Positions 38,367 to 46,930 of a stretch of DNA of 64,000 nt are shown piece after piece. Within the stretch, counting starts at the first letter, position 1, and each line of letters opens with the position of its first letter. This DNA is from a virus. The translations under genes were made by a program, and so were the position numbers. A model generated the notes under the pieces. The model made no database searches and had not been told where the DNA came from. It worked only from the letters and a program-made list of their open reading frames with translations. The DNA is taken from IMG/VR virus record IMGVR_UViG_3300028025_000097. One strand, given 5' to 3'.

Positions 38367-38933
38367 CCTTTCTCGTAAAGCTTTCTTACATACTTCACGA
38401 TCAAATCGAAGGAAAGGTCGGTATTTTGTACATTTACGATATACATCATTCCATATAATCTTCTCTTCGATCTTATCGTTCCAATGTTTGAAGAACTTTA
38501 AGATATCGTTTAAGATAACAAGCGTCTCTATAGAGATCTCGTTTCTTAAGAACTGCCTGAACAATTTGGGATGTTGCCCATCAGTTACCATTAGATTGTC
38601 ATTTAGATCATCACCTAGCTTATCCAGTTCATTCTGGAACATATACCCTAAAGACTGTTGACGCTTAAGCCAACCAGTATATGTCTGCTCTGCCTCATTA
38701 CCTAAAAGATCTCTGACCCAAGATACATCCTTATCAATAAAGTTGGCTAGAAGGAAGTTCTCAAGATCCTTTCGTTTGGCCAATTTATAGAAAAAGAACC
38801 TATCTTTTCTCGATTCAAAAGATGAGAGACGGGCACTCACTTTGCCACCATACTTAAAATAATCGTACCCGTCTCTCGTAAAATGTTGTTTAAGTGCTAA
38901 GTATTTTTGATATGCTTCAAAAGCATCCGTCAT
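38358..38933 (-). CDS. gp59: Helicase loader gp59
   Basis: YQKYLALKQHFTRDGYDYFKYGGK...FESRKDRFFF.KL and ISIETLVIL. Confidence 0.9.
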   Translation of the reverse strand: MTDAFEAYQKYLALKQHFTRDGYDYFKYGGKVSARLSSFESRKDRFFFYKLAKRKDLENFLLANFIDKDVSWVRDLLGNEAEQTYTGWLKRQQSLGYMFQNELDKLGDDLNDNLMVTDGQHPKLFRQFLRNEISIETLVILNDILKFFKHWNDKIEEKIIWNDVYRKCTKYRPFLRFDREVCKKALRERFT

Positions 38934-39172
38934 ATTGGTAATTTACCCGTTTTAGGAAGATAGTTAGCGTCCTCAGCTTCTTGCTGAATCTTTGCTTTGA
39001 TCCTACTTGAGCTGCGAATCATAGCTGCTACGGTTTCAATTTCGAGTGAGTTCAATTCGCAGTAATGAAGAACAGCATCTAAGTAATCTAGCTTAGACTC
39101 TTTGACATATGCCTCGATCTCTTTGACGAACTCTTGTACTGGTTTTACTGATTTGATGTTTACTTTTTTCAT
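38930..39172 (-). CDS. gp33: Late-transcription coactivator gp33
   Basis: FVKEIEAYV....LDYLDAVLHYCELNSLEIETVA...KAKIQQEAEDANYLPKTGKLPI. Confidence 0.9.
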   Translation of the reverse strand: MKKVNIKSVKPVQEFVKEIEAYVKESKLDYLDAVLHYCELNSLEIETVAAMIRSSSRIKAKIQQEAEDANYLPKTGKLPI

Positions 39173-39684
39173 AATTTATAAAACACATGTTTTCCTATAG
39201 CTACAGTCCTTTTACGTGGATTCGCCCATTCAGGACGAATGTCCCTTCGATGAAAATTAGTTGCTCCTTTTGTAACATCATGCATCACTTCATGATTTAA
39301 TATGACTTGTTTGGCGATCTTACGACATTCACTATAGGTATATAAATCACGTACTTTCGGAGTTTTTTGACATGTCCAAGAAAATTGGCACTTATATCGA
39401 TTTCTTTGATGAACAATTTTACATATAGTGTTAGGATACTCGTCGTCTTTTAATCGATTAAGCGTAACAAGAGCAACAGCCTTTTTACCTATGTCTTTTT
39501 CACTTCTTGCTTCAAAGTAAATGTTGTCTGTAAGACACTTTACTTCTCTTTCATTCAAGATCTTGTTATATGGTTTATATCCTACTTTTTGTGTAATTGT
39601 CAGAGGTACAGTAGGATTAGTGTTATAAGAAGTTGTTATAGGTGCGCATGCTAATACGGCGCACAATAAAAAATGATTGAACAT
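39169..39684 (-). CDS. SleB/Hydrolase_2-family cell-wall hydrolase
   Basis: CLTDNIYFEARSE...AVALVTLNR...YPNTIC.IV.Q...CQFSW, GATNFH and IGKHVFY. Hydrophobic N-terminus. Confidence 0.88.
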   Translation of the reverse strand: MFNHFLLCAVLACAPITTSYNTNPTVPLTITQKVGYKPYNKILNEREVKCLTDNIYFEARSEKDIGKKAVALVTLNRLKDDEYPNTICKIVHQRNRYKCQFSWTCQKTPKVRDLYTYSECRKIAKQVILNHEVMHDVTKGATNFHRRDIRPEWANPRKRTVAIGKHVFYKL

Positions 39685-39765
39685 ATGTTCCTCCTTATTT
39701 AAGGGAGAGGACTTAAGTCCTGTTAAAAGAATCGCTTAAACATGATGAACGCCTGCAGGATTAAA

Positions 39766-39841
39766 TGGTGCTGGCGGAGAGAATCGAACTCCCGACCTGA
39801 GGTTTACAAAACCCCTGCTCTGCCTGCTGAGCTACGCCAGC
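39766..39841 (-). tRNA. tRNA-Thr(UGU)
   Basis: GCTGGCGTAGCTCAG...GGGGT-TTTGTAA-ACCTC...GTTCGATTC...GCCAGCACCA; CCA encoded. Confidence 0.93.
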
Positions 39842-39852
39842 CAACACAATCT

Positions 39853-39860
39853 TATTTATA
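39853..39860 (-). promoter_or_regulatory. Late promoter upstream of tRNA-Thr and the hydrolase
   Basis: TATAAATA overlapping the stop of the ORF at 39856. Confidence 0.6.
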
Positions 39861-40077
39861 GCTTGATCTGGTTACGCAGTTTACGACGCGGCCAGTACAA
39901 GTAGTAGTATGCACGAGTCTCGTTGACTCCGCATTCATCGGCAATTAGCTTGACCACTTCTTTGGTCTTGAGGCTAGCATTGGCCAAATAGATGCGTTCT
40001 GCAGTTTCAAAGCCAATTCGAGTGGCTTCTTTACGGGGAGGATTGGCAAACTTTTCTTTATTCATGATATATTCCAT
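39856..40077 (-). CDS. Small basic, possibly HTH, protein behind a sigma70-type promoter
   Basis: 73 aa: KTKEVVKLIADECGVNETRAYYY. Confidence 0.55.
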   Translation of the reverse strand: MEYIMNKEKFANPPRKEATRIGFETAERIYLANASLKTKEVVKLIADECGVNETRAYYYLYWPRRKLRNQIKL

Positions 40078-40107
40078 ATGTTAGGTTGTTTTCACATTTA
40101 CAAGCAT

Positions 40108-40136
40108 ATAATACCGTATTTACGAAATAATGTACA
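40108..40136 (-). promoter_or_regulatory. sigma70-type (early) promoter
   Basis: TGTACA-17-TATTAT in an intergenic gap. Confidence 0.6.
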
Positions 40137-40146
40137 TAGGCCAGGA

Positions 40147-40608
40147 TCAAATAATTGGAGGGCAATAGTACTTCAAATACATAGACTTGCTTATCTTGTA
40201 TGCCTCTTTCTCCCAGGGAGACGATAAGTCATGCCATTGTTCATCGAGATCTTCATATATCCTCTTCTTCCATTTAATTTTTCCAGATGTGAGATCTGTC
40301 AATTCACCAAGAAGATATTGCTTGACATGGACAAGTTCATGAATATATGTTTGAATGATTCCTATATTAGACAAAGAAGTTCTTATGTATATAGAGAATG
40401 CTCTAGGTCTATATGGATTTCCTTTCCAATAACACAATCCCCAAGCTTCTTCCTTTATAGTAAGCTTATCATCCATCTTCACATATAGTTTCAAATTGTT
40501 AAGAAGAATCGGTCGTCCTTTGACGAGTTTAGGTAACACAAATAGAGCCATATCTTTTAGTTGTCGTTTCAACTTTTCATCATAAGAACAAGAGACTCTT
40601 ATTTGCAT
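40147..40608 (-). CDS. Putative zincin metallopeptidase
   Basis: IHELVHVKQY (HExxH) and a downstream PWEKEAY motif. Confidence 0.7.
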   Translation of the reverse strand: MQIRVSCSYDEKLKRQLKDMALFVLPKLVKGRPILLNNLKLYVKMDDKLTIKEEAWGLCYWKGNPYRPRAFSIYIRTSLSNIGIIQTYIHELVHVKQYLLGELTDLTSGKIKWKKRIYEDLDEQWHDLSSPWEKEAYKISKSMYLKYYCPPII

Positions 40609-40611
40609 CGA

Positions 40612-41292
40612 TTACCTATGATATTCTTTAAACACCTGCTTAACTTTTTCTACGTAATCACTTGTATTCTTAATAAAGAATTGAGGCTCATTATCTTCTA
40701 CTGCTATTAGAATGACGATCTTAGGTACTTCTATTCCTTTTAGTTCTTTGATCGCCATTGCATAAGTGGTCGTCTGTAGAAAATAATTTTCAATTTCATC
40801 TTCTGTTTTAAGACGACTTGAAGTCTTAAAGTCTAAGATAACGTTTTTACCACCCATCTTGCAAAATACATCTATTCGACCTGCGGTTTTGAGTTCATGT
40901 GAATAGATAGCAATTTCATTGCCATAGACTTCATCGATATAGTCTACATATCTTTGTATAGATCTAAACATATCGACTGCAAGCGGTGGCTGATTACCGC
41001 AGAAGTCTTCTTTATTGCGAATATAGTCTTCACATATTTTATGAAGTCGAGTCCCACGATTTGAAGCTCTCTGAGAAATACGATTAGCTTCTTCTTCCCC
41101 TACTTTTTTACGCCACTCATATAACCACGACTTATCTCTACTTCCTAATACAGTAGTGACAGATGGATACTTTTCTCCAGTAGGAGTCATATAGTATCGT
41201 TTATTATTCTCAGTAAAAGCTTCAAGTTCATGAAACTCGACTTCATTTAGTGTAAAAGTTTTACTACGTGAGACCAAGGGTATTTTTAGCAA
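40612..41292 (-). CDS. PD-(D/E)xK exonuclease
   Basis: YPSVTTVL, RGTRLHKICEDY and AGRID...ILDFKTS...YFLQ..YA. Confidence 0.85.
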   Translation of the reverse strand: MLKIPLVSRSKTFTLNEVEFHELEAFTENNKRYYMTPTGEKYPSVTTVLGSRDKSWLYEWRKKVGEEEANRISQRASNRGTRLHKICEDYIRNKEDFCGNQPPLAVDMFRSIQRYVDYIDEVYGNEIAIYSHELKTAGRIDVFCKMGGKNVILDFKTSSRLKTEDEIENYFLQTTTYAMAIKELKGIEVPKIVILIAVEDNEPQFFIKNTSDYVEKVKQVFKEYHR

Positions 41293-42052
41293 TTATATAT
41301 TCCTTCACTAATCCAGATCTCACTATATCGTCTACTTCAAATTCAACGTGTGAGAATCCATTCATTTTATCTAATACGTCTATAAACGTTATTAGTCCAT
41401 TTCTATCGTTGTGATAGACCAAATCTGATTGACGATAATCTCCACATAACATCATTCTGCAGTTATCACCTAAACGAGTAATAACTGAATCAAGTTCATG
41501 GAAAGTTAGATTATTTACCTCATCCACAATAACGATAGTATCGTGAAATGTATTTCCTCTGATAAAAGAAGTTGTAGTAAAGTCTATGATATGTTTAGTC
41601 TTGAGAAGCTCATAGGCATCTCCTCGTCCAAACAAATCTGTGCAGATACCTTGATAAGGTAATTCGAAGACTTTAGTTTTTTCTTTGATAGATCCTGGTA
41701 GGAATCCCATATCTCGTGTAGGAACTACACTTCTGACTATAAGGATTTTCTTATAATATGACTGCGTGTTATAAATTTCTTTCAGTGCTAGATAAAGAGA
41801 AATAAAAGACTTACCTGTTCCAGCAAGTCCATGAAGTAAAAGATTTTGACCTGCTTTCCATTGTTGAAAAGCTAGCTTTTGATTTTGTGTTATCGGCTTT
41901 ATAGCTTTCAGATTAAGATGGTGTTTTTGAATCGGAGCATCTTGATCTTTAAAGGTCTGCTGTCTTTTCTTTTTCTTGTCTCTCCTAAAATGTATTAATT
42001 GTGCTACGTCGATGTGCTCGTTTAATATCTTTGAGTTTGTCTCTAAAAGCAT
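41264..42052 (-). CDS. phoH: PhoH-family ATPase
   Basis: PITQNQ, Walker A GLAGTGKS, SVVPTRDMGFLPG, RGNTF...IVDEVNN and GDYRQSD. The start is uncertain. Confidence 0.9.
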   Translation of the reverse strand: MLLETNSKILNEHIDVAQLIHFRRDKKKKRQQTFKDQDAPIQKHHLNLKAIKPITQNQKLAFQQWKAGQNLLLHGLAGTGKSFISLYLALKEIYNTQSYYKKILIVRSVVPTRDMGFLPGSIKEKTKVFELPYQGICTDLFGRGDAYELLKTKHIIDFTTTSFIRGNTFHDTIVIVDEVNNLTFHELDSVITRLGDNCRMMLCGDYRQSDLVYHNDRNGLITFIDVLDKMNGFSHVEFEVDDIVRSGLVKEYIIAKNTLGLT

Positions 42053-42221
42053 CGTCGGGTTTCCTCAACCCCAGCCTAATTGGGTCTCCGATTCCAACAG
42101 GATGGAGTACTTGTTGTAGTTGCGGGTTTTCCACAAGAAACTCATCCTTTTTTGTGTATGAAGTGAAGAACTGGTCAAACACTTCATCCGTTTCACTATT
42201 ACGAAATGTATACGTAGGCAT
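41985..42221 (-). CDS. FmdB-like small protein (zinc-ribbon type, Cys-less)
   Basis: MPTYTFRNSETDEVFD...FLVENPQLQQV...KPDDAFRDKLKDIK. Confidence 0.65.
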   Translation of the reverse strand: MPTYTFRNSETDEVFDQFFTSYTKKDEFLVENPQLQQVLHPVGIGDPIRLGLRKPDDAFRDKLKDIKRAHRRSTINTF

Positions 42222-42391
42222 TAATCTTCATCCTCAGTGTATTTAATGAGCGTTTCAATATCACGTGTTTTAAGAGCTGTATAGACTACTTTTTCTTTCT
42301 TCTTAAAACCTTTATGTGATCGTCTTGTATTTGGAATTGATTCATAAAGATCTTTATCTTGAGATCTTTTTTCTCTAAACGACTTGCTCAT
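42221..42391 (-). CDS. Small basic hypothetical protein
   Basis: Hand translation, below the track cutoff: MSKSFREKRSQDKDLYESIPNTRRSHKGFKKKEKVVYTALKTRDIETLIKYTEDED*. ATGA and TAATG overlaps with its neighbours. Confidence 0.6.
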   Translation of the reverse strand: MSKSFREKRSQDKDLYESIPNTRRSHKGFKKKEKVVYTALKTRDIETLIKYTEDED

Positions 42392-42825
42392 GCCTCTTCT
42401 TTAATTGCCTCGATGTTAAGATCTGGAAATGCCTGTTGTGCGATCTTTTTAGTTAAACCTTTAAATGGTAATTTTCTATCTTTAATAGAAATGATCAATT
42501 TTGCATCTAGCGGATGAATTGATTCAAGCAACTGAATGAATAAAAATTCACGTCGTGACTTAGTTAAATTTGGATTACCGCCTTCTACAAACAGATACAT
42601 TCTACGAATTTCATTTAACAAACGGCTTTCTACGTCTATAGCTTCTGTAGGTTTAAACGGGGGTTCACCTTCTGGTAACAACCATTTAATACTTTGATCA
42701 TATGCTAAACCAAATAAAGATTTAAAAGCATCTCGGCGGCGATGCATTAAGATCGCTTCTATTTTTTCTTTTGATGTTTTAAGTTCTGAAATTATAGACA
42801 ATTCTTCATAAAGTGATTTATACAT
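42388..42825 (-). CDS. Conserved T4-like hypothetical protein (DUF6433-like)
   Basis: IKWLLPEGEPPFKP...LYLF-like MYLFVEGGNPNLTKSRREFLFIQLLESIHP.DA. Confidence 0.7.
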   Translation of the reverse strand: MYKSLYEELSIISELKTSKEKIEAILMHRRRDAFKSLFGLAYDQSIKWLLPEGEPPFKPTEAIDVESRLLNEIRRMYLFVEGGNPNLTKSRREFLFIQLLESIHPLDAKLIISIKDRKLPFKGLTKKIAQQAFPDLNIEAIKEEA

Positions 42826-42833
42826 TTTTAATC

Positions 42834-43712
42834 CTAAAAATCATTAATGGATTCCATCAACACTTTTAAGCGATTCTTAATCATGTAGTTCATGATTTTA
42901 GATCTATTCTTGCCAGTTTGTTGTTCAAACTGAGTCATGATAGCTTCGCGAATATGTGTTGGTGTAAACCGAAGATCAATTAGACATTCATTTCGTTTAT
43001 AGTTACGCAGTAGTTCTTCATTACAAAATTCTTGTGGAGTGGAATATGAAATCCACTCGGAAAGATTCTTTTTAAGAATAGGTTTTTGTCTGATGTTATC
43101 AACAAAACTATTGTCTTGAGACAAGAAGTTTGGAATACCATCACCAACGTCGCCTTTAATAATGTGTTCTTTCATGAACCTCTTAGGATCATCTGCTGAA
43201 ACATATTTCTTATTTATAGGATCGAATTGTTTCACTGTAACTGCACTATTGTATGAGTGCAGCTGAATGAAGTCCTTATCGCCAGATAGAATCAAGATAT
43301 GTTCTTTTTGAGATGGATCTCGCTTAGAGAATTCTTGCACCAATACACCAATAACGTCGTCAGCTTCTGCGCCATCAAGATGGATTACAGGATATGGGAA
43401 ATTATCTTTAAGTTCTTCGCGAATGGTGTTTAGGCAATTAAAGATCAAAGACCAATCGATTTCAGACTCTTCACGATTCTTTTTTCGATTGGCCTTGTAA
43501 TAAGGAAATACATCTTTACGCCAACTACGCTTACCATCTGCAGCGATGACTAATTCGCCAAAATCAGATTTAAACTTTTTATTTAGAGAGCGAATTGTAT
43601 TCAACACCATAGATCTAAATAGATCCAGTTCAATTGGTGTCTTTCCAATATGTTTGCCATACATGGCCATAATATTTGCAATCATGACTTGATTTAAGTC
43701 AAGGATAATCAT
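42834..43712 (-). CDS. rnh: T4-type RNase H / 5'-3' exonuclease
   Basis: MIILDLNQV, WRKDVFPYYKANRKK, EADDVIG, LSGDKDFIQL and GDVGDGIPN. Confidence 0.93.
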   Translation of the reverse strand: MIILDLNQVMIANIMAMYGKHIGKTPIELDLFRSMVLNTIRSLNKKFKSDFGELVIAADGKRSWRKDVFPYYKANRKKNREESEIDWSLIFNCLNTIREELKDNFPYPVIHLDGAEADDVIGVLVQEFSKRDPSQKEHILILSGDKDFIQLHSYNSAVTVKQFDPINKKYVSADDPKRFMKEHIIKGDVGDGIPNFLSQDNSFVDNIRQKPILKKNLSEWISYSTPQEFCNEELLRNYKRNECLIDLRFTPTHIREAIMTQFEQQTGKNRSKIMNYMIKNRLKVLMESINDF

Positions 43713-43726
43713 TTTATACTCCGAAA

Positions 43727-44059
43727 TTAATCTTCAATAGGTTGTATACAGTCAGCATTTACAGTTTCATCTATGAACGTTTGAATAGGATGATAGATGT
43801 TCTCATGTCGTAATAGTATCGCTTTTAAAGAAATAAGTATATAGGCAATGTCCTTTGTGTTATCTATATCGTAACCATGATCTGAAGTTATTCTAAAAAT
43901 CTCTTTGGTAAGTTCTTCTACAAAGCACTCTATAACTTCCGTCTTATTTGCTACAATCATTTCTTTAAGTTCTTCGACAGTTGCAGCTGGACCAAACCGT
44001 TTGGAATGTGGGAAAACTATTACGTTTTCAGCTAATTTTTGAGGTGCGCTTTCTAGCAT
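43727..44059 (-). CDS. Hypothetical protein
   Basis: 110-aa ORF in operon context; NVIVFP...HPIQ.F. Confidence 0.6.
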   Translation of the reverse strand: MLESAPQKLAENVIVFPHSKRFGPAATVEELKEMIVANKTEVIECFVEELTKEIFRITSDHGYDIDNTKDIAYILISLKAILLRHENIYHPIQTFIDETVNADCIQPIED

Positions 44060-44074
44060 AGAAGGCCTCTTTTT

Positions 44075-45202
44075 TTATTTTATTGATTTTAATAGAATAC
44101 AATCATCATTAATTCGACCATTTACTTCGATAGGTTTAGTCGTCAAATCAGACATAAGTTTCTTTAAAACTAATTTTCCTCCAGTTAAAACCTTTTGAAT
44201 AATGTCTTCTGGTTTCCTAAGCTTCTTCTTAATACTAGAAGTTTGATCATAATCGACAATCGTCGTTCCCTTAACACTAAGACCTTTATCGTTTATAGCA
44301 TTAAGCATAGTCAAATGACCGTATTTCGTATTATACACCCAAAGTTGTTGGGCTGATACGATCGATTCAGGAGAAATAGATTTAATCTTAAGCTTAGTAA
44401 ATTCCTTCTGATACTTTAGCTTATTTATCAACTTACTAGCAGTAACTTCTTTCTTTTTACGAGGTTTACGAGGTTTAGATACTTTCGTATTACCTACAAA
44501 TCGTTCAATATCGTCCATACATGAAGTCAACTGCTTCATGATAGCTTTCTTTGAAGCATTAGTAAGATAAGCATAGGCTTCAGTTAGTTGTTCATCCTTA
44601 CCTTCTACCATTTCGGCATGTTCAGCATGAATCTTAGAAACTAATGTTTTGATATGATTGCAAATCTGCGAGTTAAGCTGATTGCGTTGAAGATATGTGT
44701 ATAAAGAAAACTCTATCTTTGTCTTGCGTTGATAGTACCAAGAATGAATCTCATCATCAATATGAATCACATGAGGTTCAGCAAGCACTTTGATTCTATC
44801 TTGAATGGAAACTACTTTTGCGCTTGATTTATCTTCTTTTAATTCTCGTTGATTATAAGATAAAGCTTTTTCAATTCTGCTCTTAACTTGACCCTCTAAT
44901 TCTCCGGCAAAAATAGTTCCATTGGATTCTATTCTTGCAAGAACAGATGCACTATTTTTAGCAATATTACCAAGTGAATTTAAATTCACGATATTTGAAA
45001 TATCGGTTTTACTATATCCATTTTTTTTCATATAATCGGTAAGCCATTTGTCTTTATCTTTTTCATCAGACATGACATTATACCAATTAAGCATTTTACA
45101 AAGTATTCCATCATTTTTAGATGTAATTGCTTTCTTATAGATTGGTTCCTCACCCCAAAACTTTTTGGCAATGAGTTTATCAGTAAGCGAATTAATAGCC
45201 AT
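44075..45202 (-). CDS. Conserved T4-like hypothetical protein
   Basis: 375 aa; C-terminus SISPESIVSAQQLWVYNTKY...KKKLRKPED...GRINDDCILL. Confidence 0.7.
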   Translation of the reverse strand: MAINSLTDKLIAKKFWGEEPIYKKAITSKNDGILCKMLNWYNVMSDEKDKDKWLTDYMKKNGYSKTDISNIVNLNSLGNIAKNSASVLARIESNGTIFAGELEGQVKSRIEKALSYNQRELKEDKSSAKVVSIQDRIKVLAEPHVIHIDDEIHSWYYQRKTKIEFSLYTYLQRNQLNSQICNHIKTLVSKIHAEHAEMVEGKDEQLTEAYAYLTNASKKAIMKQLTSCMDDIERFVGNTKVSKPRKPRKKKEVTASKLINKLKYQKEFTKLKIKSISPESIVSAQQLWVYNTKYGHLTMLNAINDKGLSVKGTTIVDYDQTSSIKKKLRKPEDIIQKVLTGGKLVLKKLMSDLTTKPIEVNGRINDDCILLKSIK

Positions 45203-46143
45203 TATAGAAGCTTCTTTTCTCGTAGAATATTAGTAAAGAAATTTTGCCATTCTTCCGTTCTTCGATCCCAGTTATAGAACGTATCTATATAGTTCTTAGT
45301 AGTTTCTAAAGAAACCTGAACATTTTCAGTCATTACATCATTGATAGCTTTATCTAGCATAGAATAGAAGATGACCATGTGATCGCGAATATCTTCACGA
45401 TATTGGTACATCCATGTAAATCCAGCAGACGTTTCAGGTAGAGCACCATAATTTGGATGAACACATAAACATCCTGCGCTCATTGCTTCCATCAATGCGA
45501 TACAAGATGTTTCAACCCAAATAGATGGGTAAGCAAAGATGTGAGCTTCTTGTAAAGCTTTTCTCACTACATCGTTTGGCTGAAATCCGTGATAATTAAT
45601 CTTTGGATGATTCCTACATGCATCAAATAGAGCTTCGTATGGTTCATCTCGTTGCTTCCATCCATAGATCTCAAAACTAGAGAATACATCTAGTTCGATG
45701 TTATCATACTTCTCTGCCAATTTGGTAAAGACTGGAACAAGTAGATTTAAACCACGATGAGGAGTAGTATGATAAATTAGCTTAATCTTATCTTTGTTCT
45801 TAGGAAGAAAAGGAATAGGCTCAATGGCATTTTGAATCACACGACTCTTATACCAAGGCATATTAAAATGTTTGATATAACTCTGCATTTGCCAATTAGA
45901 GACGAACACGCACTTTTCAAATTTGTTCCAGCCACCTGATCGAAGATGTTCAGACTCAGGATCTTCAGGTAGATCATGTAGCCAATAAATGGGAATAAGT
46001 TTAGGATCAATTTCTCGAACACGAGAACATATTACTTGAAACTTATCTAGAAGCTCTGGACTGATACGATCTTGAAGTCCATACTTCATTCGTTCAGTGC
46101 CACCCATTGAATTTTTTGAAAGTTCGTCTACTGATACTGGCAT
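45202..46143 (-). CDS. GT-B (family 1/GT4-like) glycosyltransferase
   Basis: MGGTE, IYHTTPHRGL and YPSIWVETSCIALMEAMSAG...GALPET. Confidence 0.85.
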   Translation of the reverse strand: MPVSVDELSKNSMGGTERMKYGLQDRISPELLDKFQVICSRVREIDPKLIPIYWLHDLPEDPESEHLRSGGWNKFEKCVFVSNWQMQSYIKHFNMPWYKSRVIQNAIEPIPFLPKNKDKIKLIYHTTPHRGLNLLVPVFTKLAEKYDNIELDVFSSFEIYGWKQRDEPYEALFDACRNHPKINYHGFQPNDVVRKALQEAHIFAYPSIWVETSCIALMEAMSAGCLCVHPNYGALPETSAGFTWMYQYREDIRDHMVIFYSMLDKAINDVMTENVQVSLETTKNYIDTFYNWDRRTEEWQNFFTNILREKKLL

Positions 46144-46166
46144 ATTAACCTCATTCTTAAATAAGG

Positions 46167-46190
46167 AAAAGGGGTCCCGAAAGACCCCTT
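46167..46190 (-). terminator. Intrinsic terminator with UUCG loop
   Basis: Minus strand reads GGGGTCT-TTCG-GGACCCC followed by TTTTCCTTATTT, just after the stop at 46204. Confidence 0.8.
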
Positions 46191-46203
46191 CCCAACTTTA
46201 GGT

Positions 46204-46440
46204 CTAGCGCTGAGCGACTAGAGCACGATGACCTGCAGCGACTACTGAACGAGTAGGCTTACCTAACTTGTAAAAAGAAGTCTTCGTCTTACGTTCATTG
46301 AAATAAATCGCATAACCTTTATTGCGAAGGTCATTGATCGCAGCACTAGGATTCTTTAGACCAAAGCGAGCAGCGATTTGCTTGGTGGTTAGATGCGCGC
46401 CATTTTCAAGAGCATTAAGTAGTTTTTCAGACTTAGTCAT
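46204..46440 (-). CDS. Small winged-HTH DNA-binding protein
   Basis: MTKSEKLLNALENGAHLTTKQIAARFGLKNPSAAINDLRNKGY. ATG at 46440 has GGAG upstream; the track starts it at 46485. Confidence 0.7.
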   Translation of the reverse strand: MTKSEKLLNALENGAHLTTKQIAARFGLKNPSAAINDLRNKGYAIYFNERKTKTSFYKLGKPTRSVVAAGHRALVAQR

Positions 46441-46492
46441 TATAATCTCCAATATAACAAAATTTCTAGTGTTGGTCACTAGCACCCATGAT

Positions 46493-46521
46493 ATAGTAAC
46501 ATATGGTATTATATATGTACA
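46493..46521 (-). promoter_or_regulatory. sigma70-type (early) promoter
   Basis: TGTACA-17-TACTAT with TGn extension, upstream of the HTH gene. Confidence 0.62.
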
Positions 46522-46929
46522 TCACATTCTTCTATTGCGTGTGCCGATGGTGGTCACATCAATCTCATCACTAATGTATTGATATGCACCTTTATTGTAC
46601 ATCAGTGCAATTCTCTTACTCTTAGCTAGAATCTGTTCTTTTACGTGTTCTGGTTCTTTATCAAGAGACATACGATCCATAATAGAATTACGCGAACATA
46701 CTGCAGGATCCATACTTTCTAGTGATTTAATATGGGCAGTACTACGCATATGCACGGTTTTTGGCTTGTATTCCTGAAAAGAACCCGAGAATCTCTTAGC
46801 TTCTAAAGAAGATACTTCAGGTAACTTATTCTGCTTTCTCCATTCATTGTATTCGCCAAGAATCTTTTGCTTTGCTTTGGTCAACTTCGTTTTCTTCTTT
46901 TTTGGAGAAGAATTCGCAAATATCATCAT
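46522..46929 (-). CDS. Conserved hypothetical protein
   Basis: 135 aa, basic; KSKRIALMYNKGAYQYI. Confidence 0.6.
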   Translation of the reverse strand: MMIFANSSPKKKKTKLTKAKQKILGEYNEWRKQNKLPEVSSLEAKRFSGSFQEYKPKTVHMRSTAHIKSLESMDPAVCSRNSIMDRMSLDKEPEHVKEQILAKSKRIALMYNKGAYQYISDEIDVTTIGTRNRRM

Positions 46930-46930
46930 G

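Noticed and set aside
40612-41292. Exonuclease as a Cas4/CRISPR component
   Set aside because: It lacks the Cas4 Fe-S cysteine cluster, no array is nearby, and it matches the common T4-like PD-(D/E)xK exonuclease.
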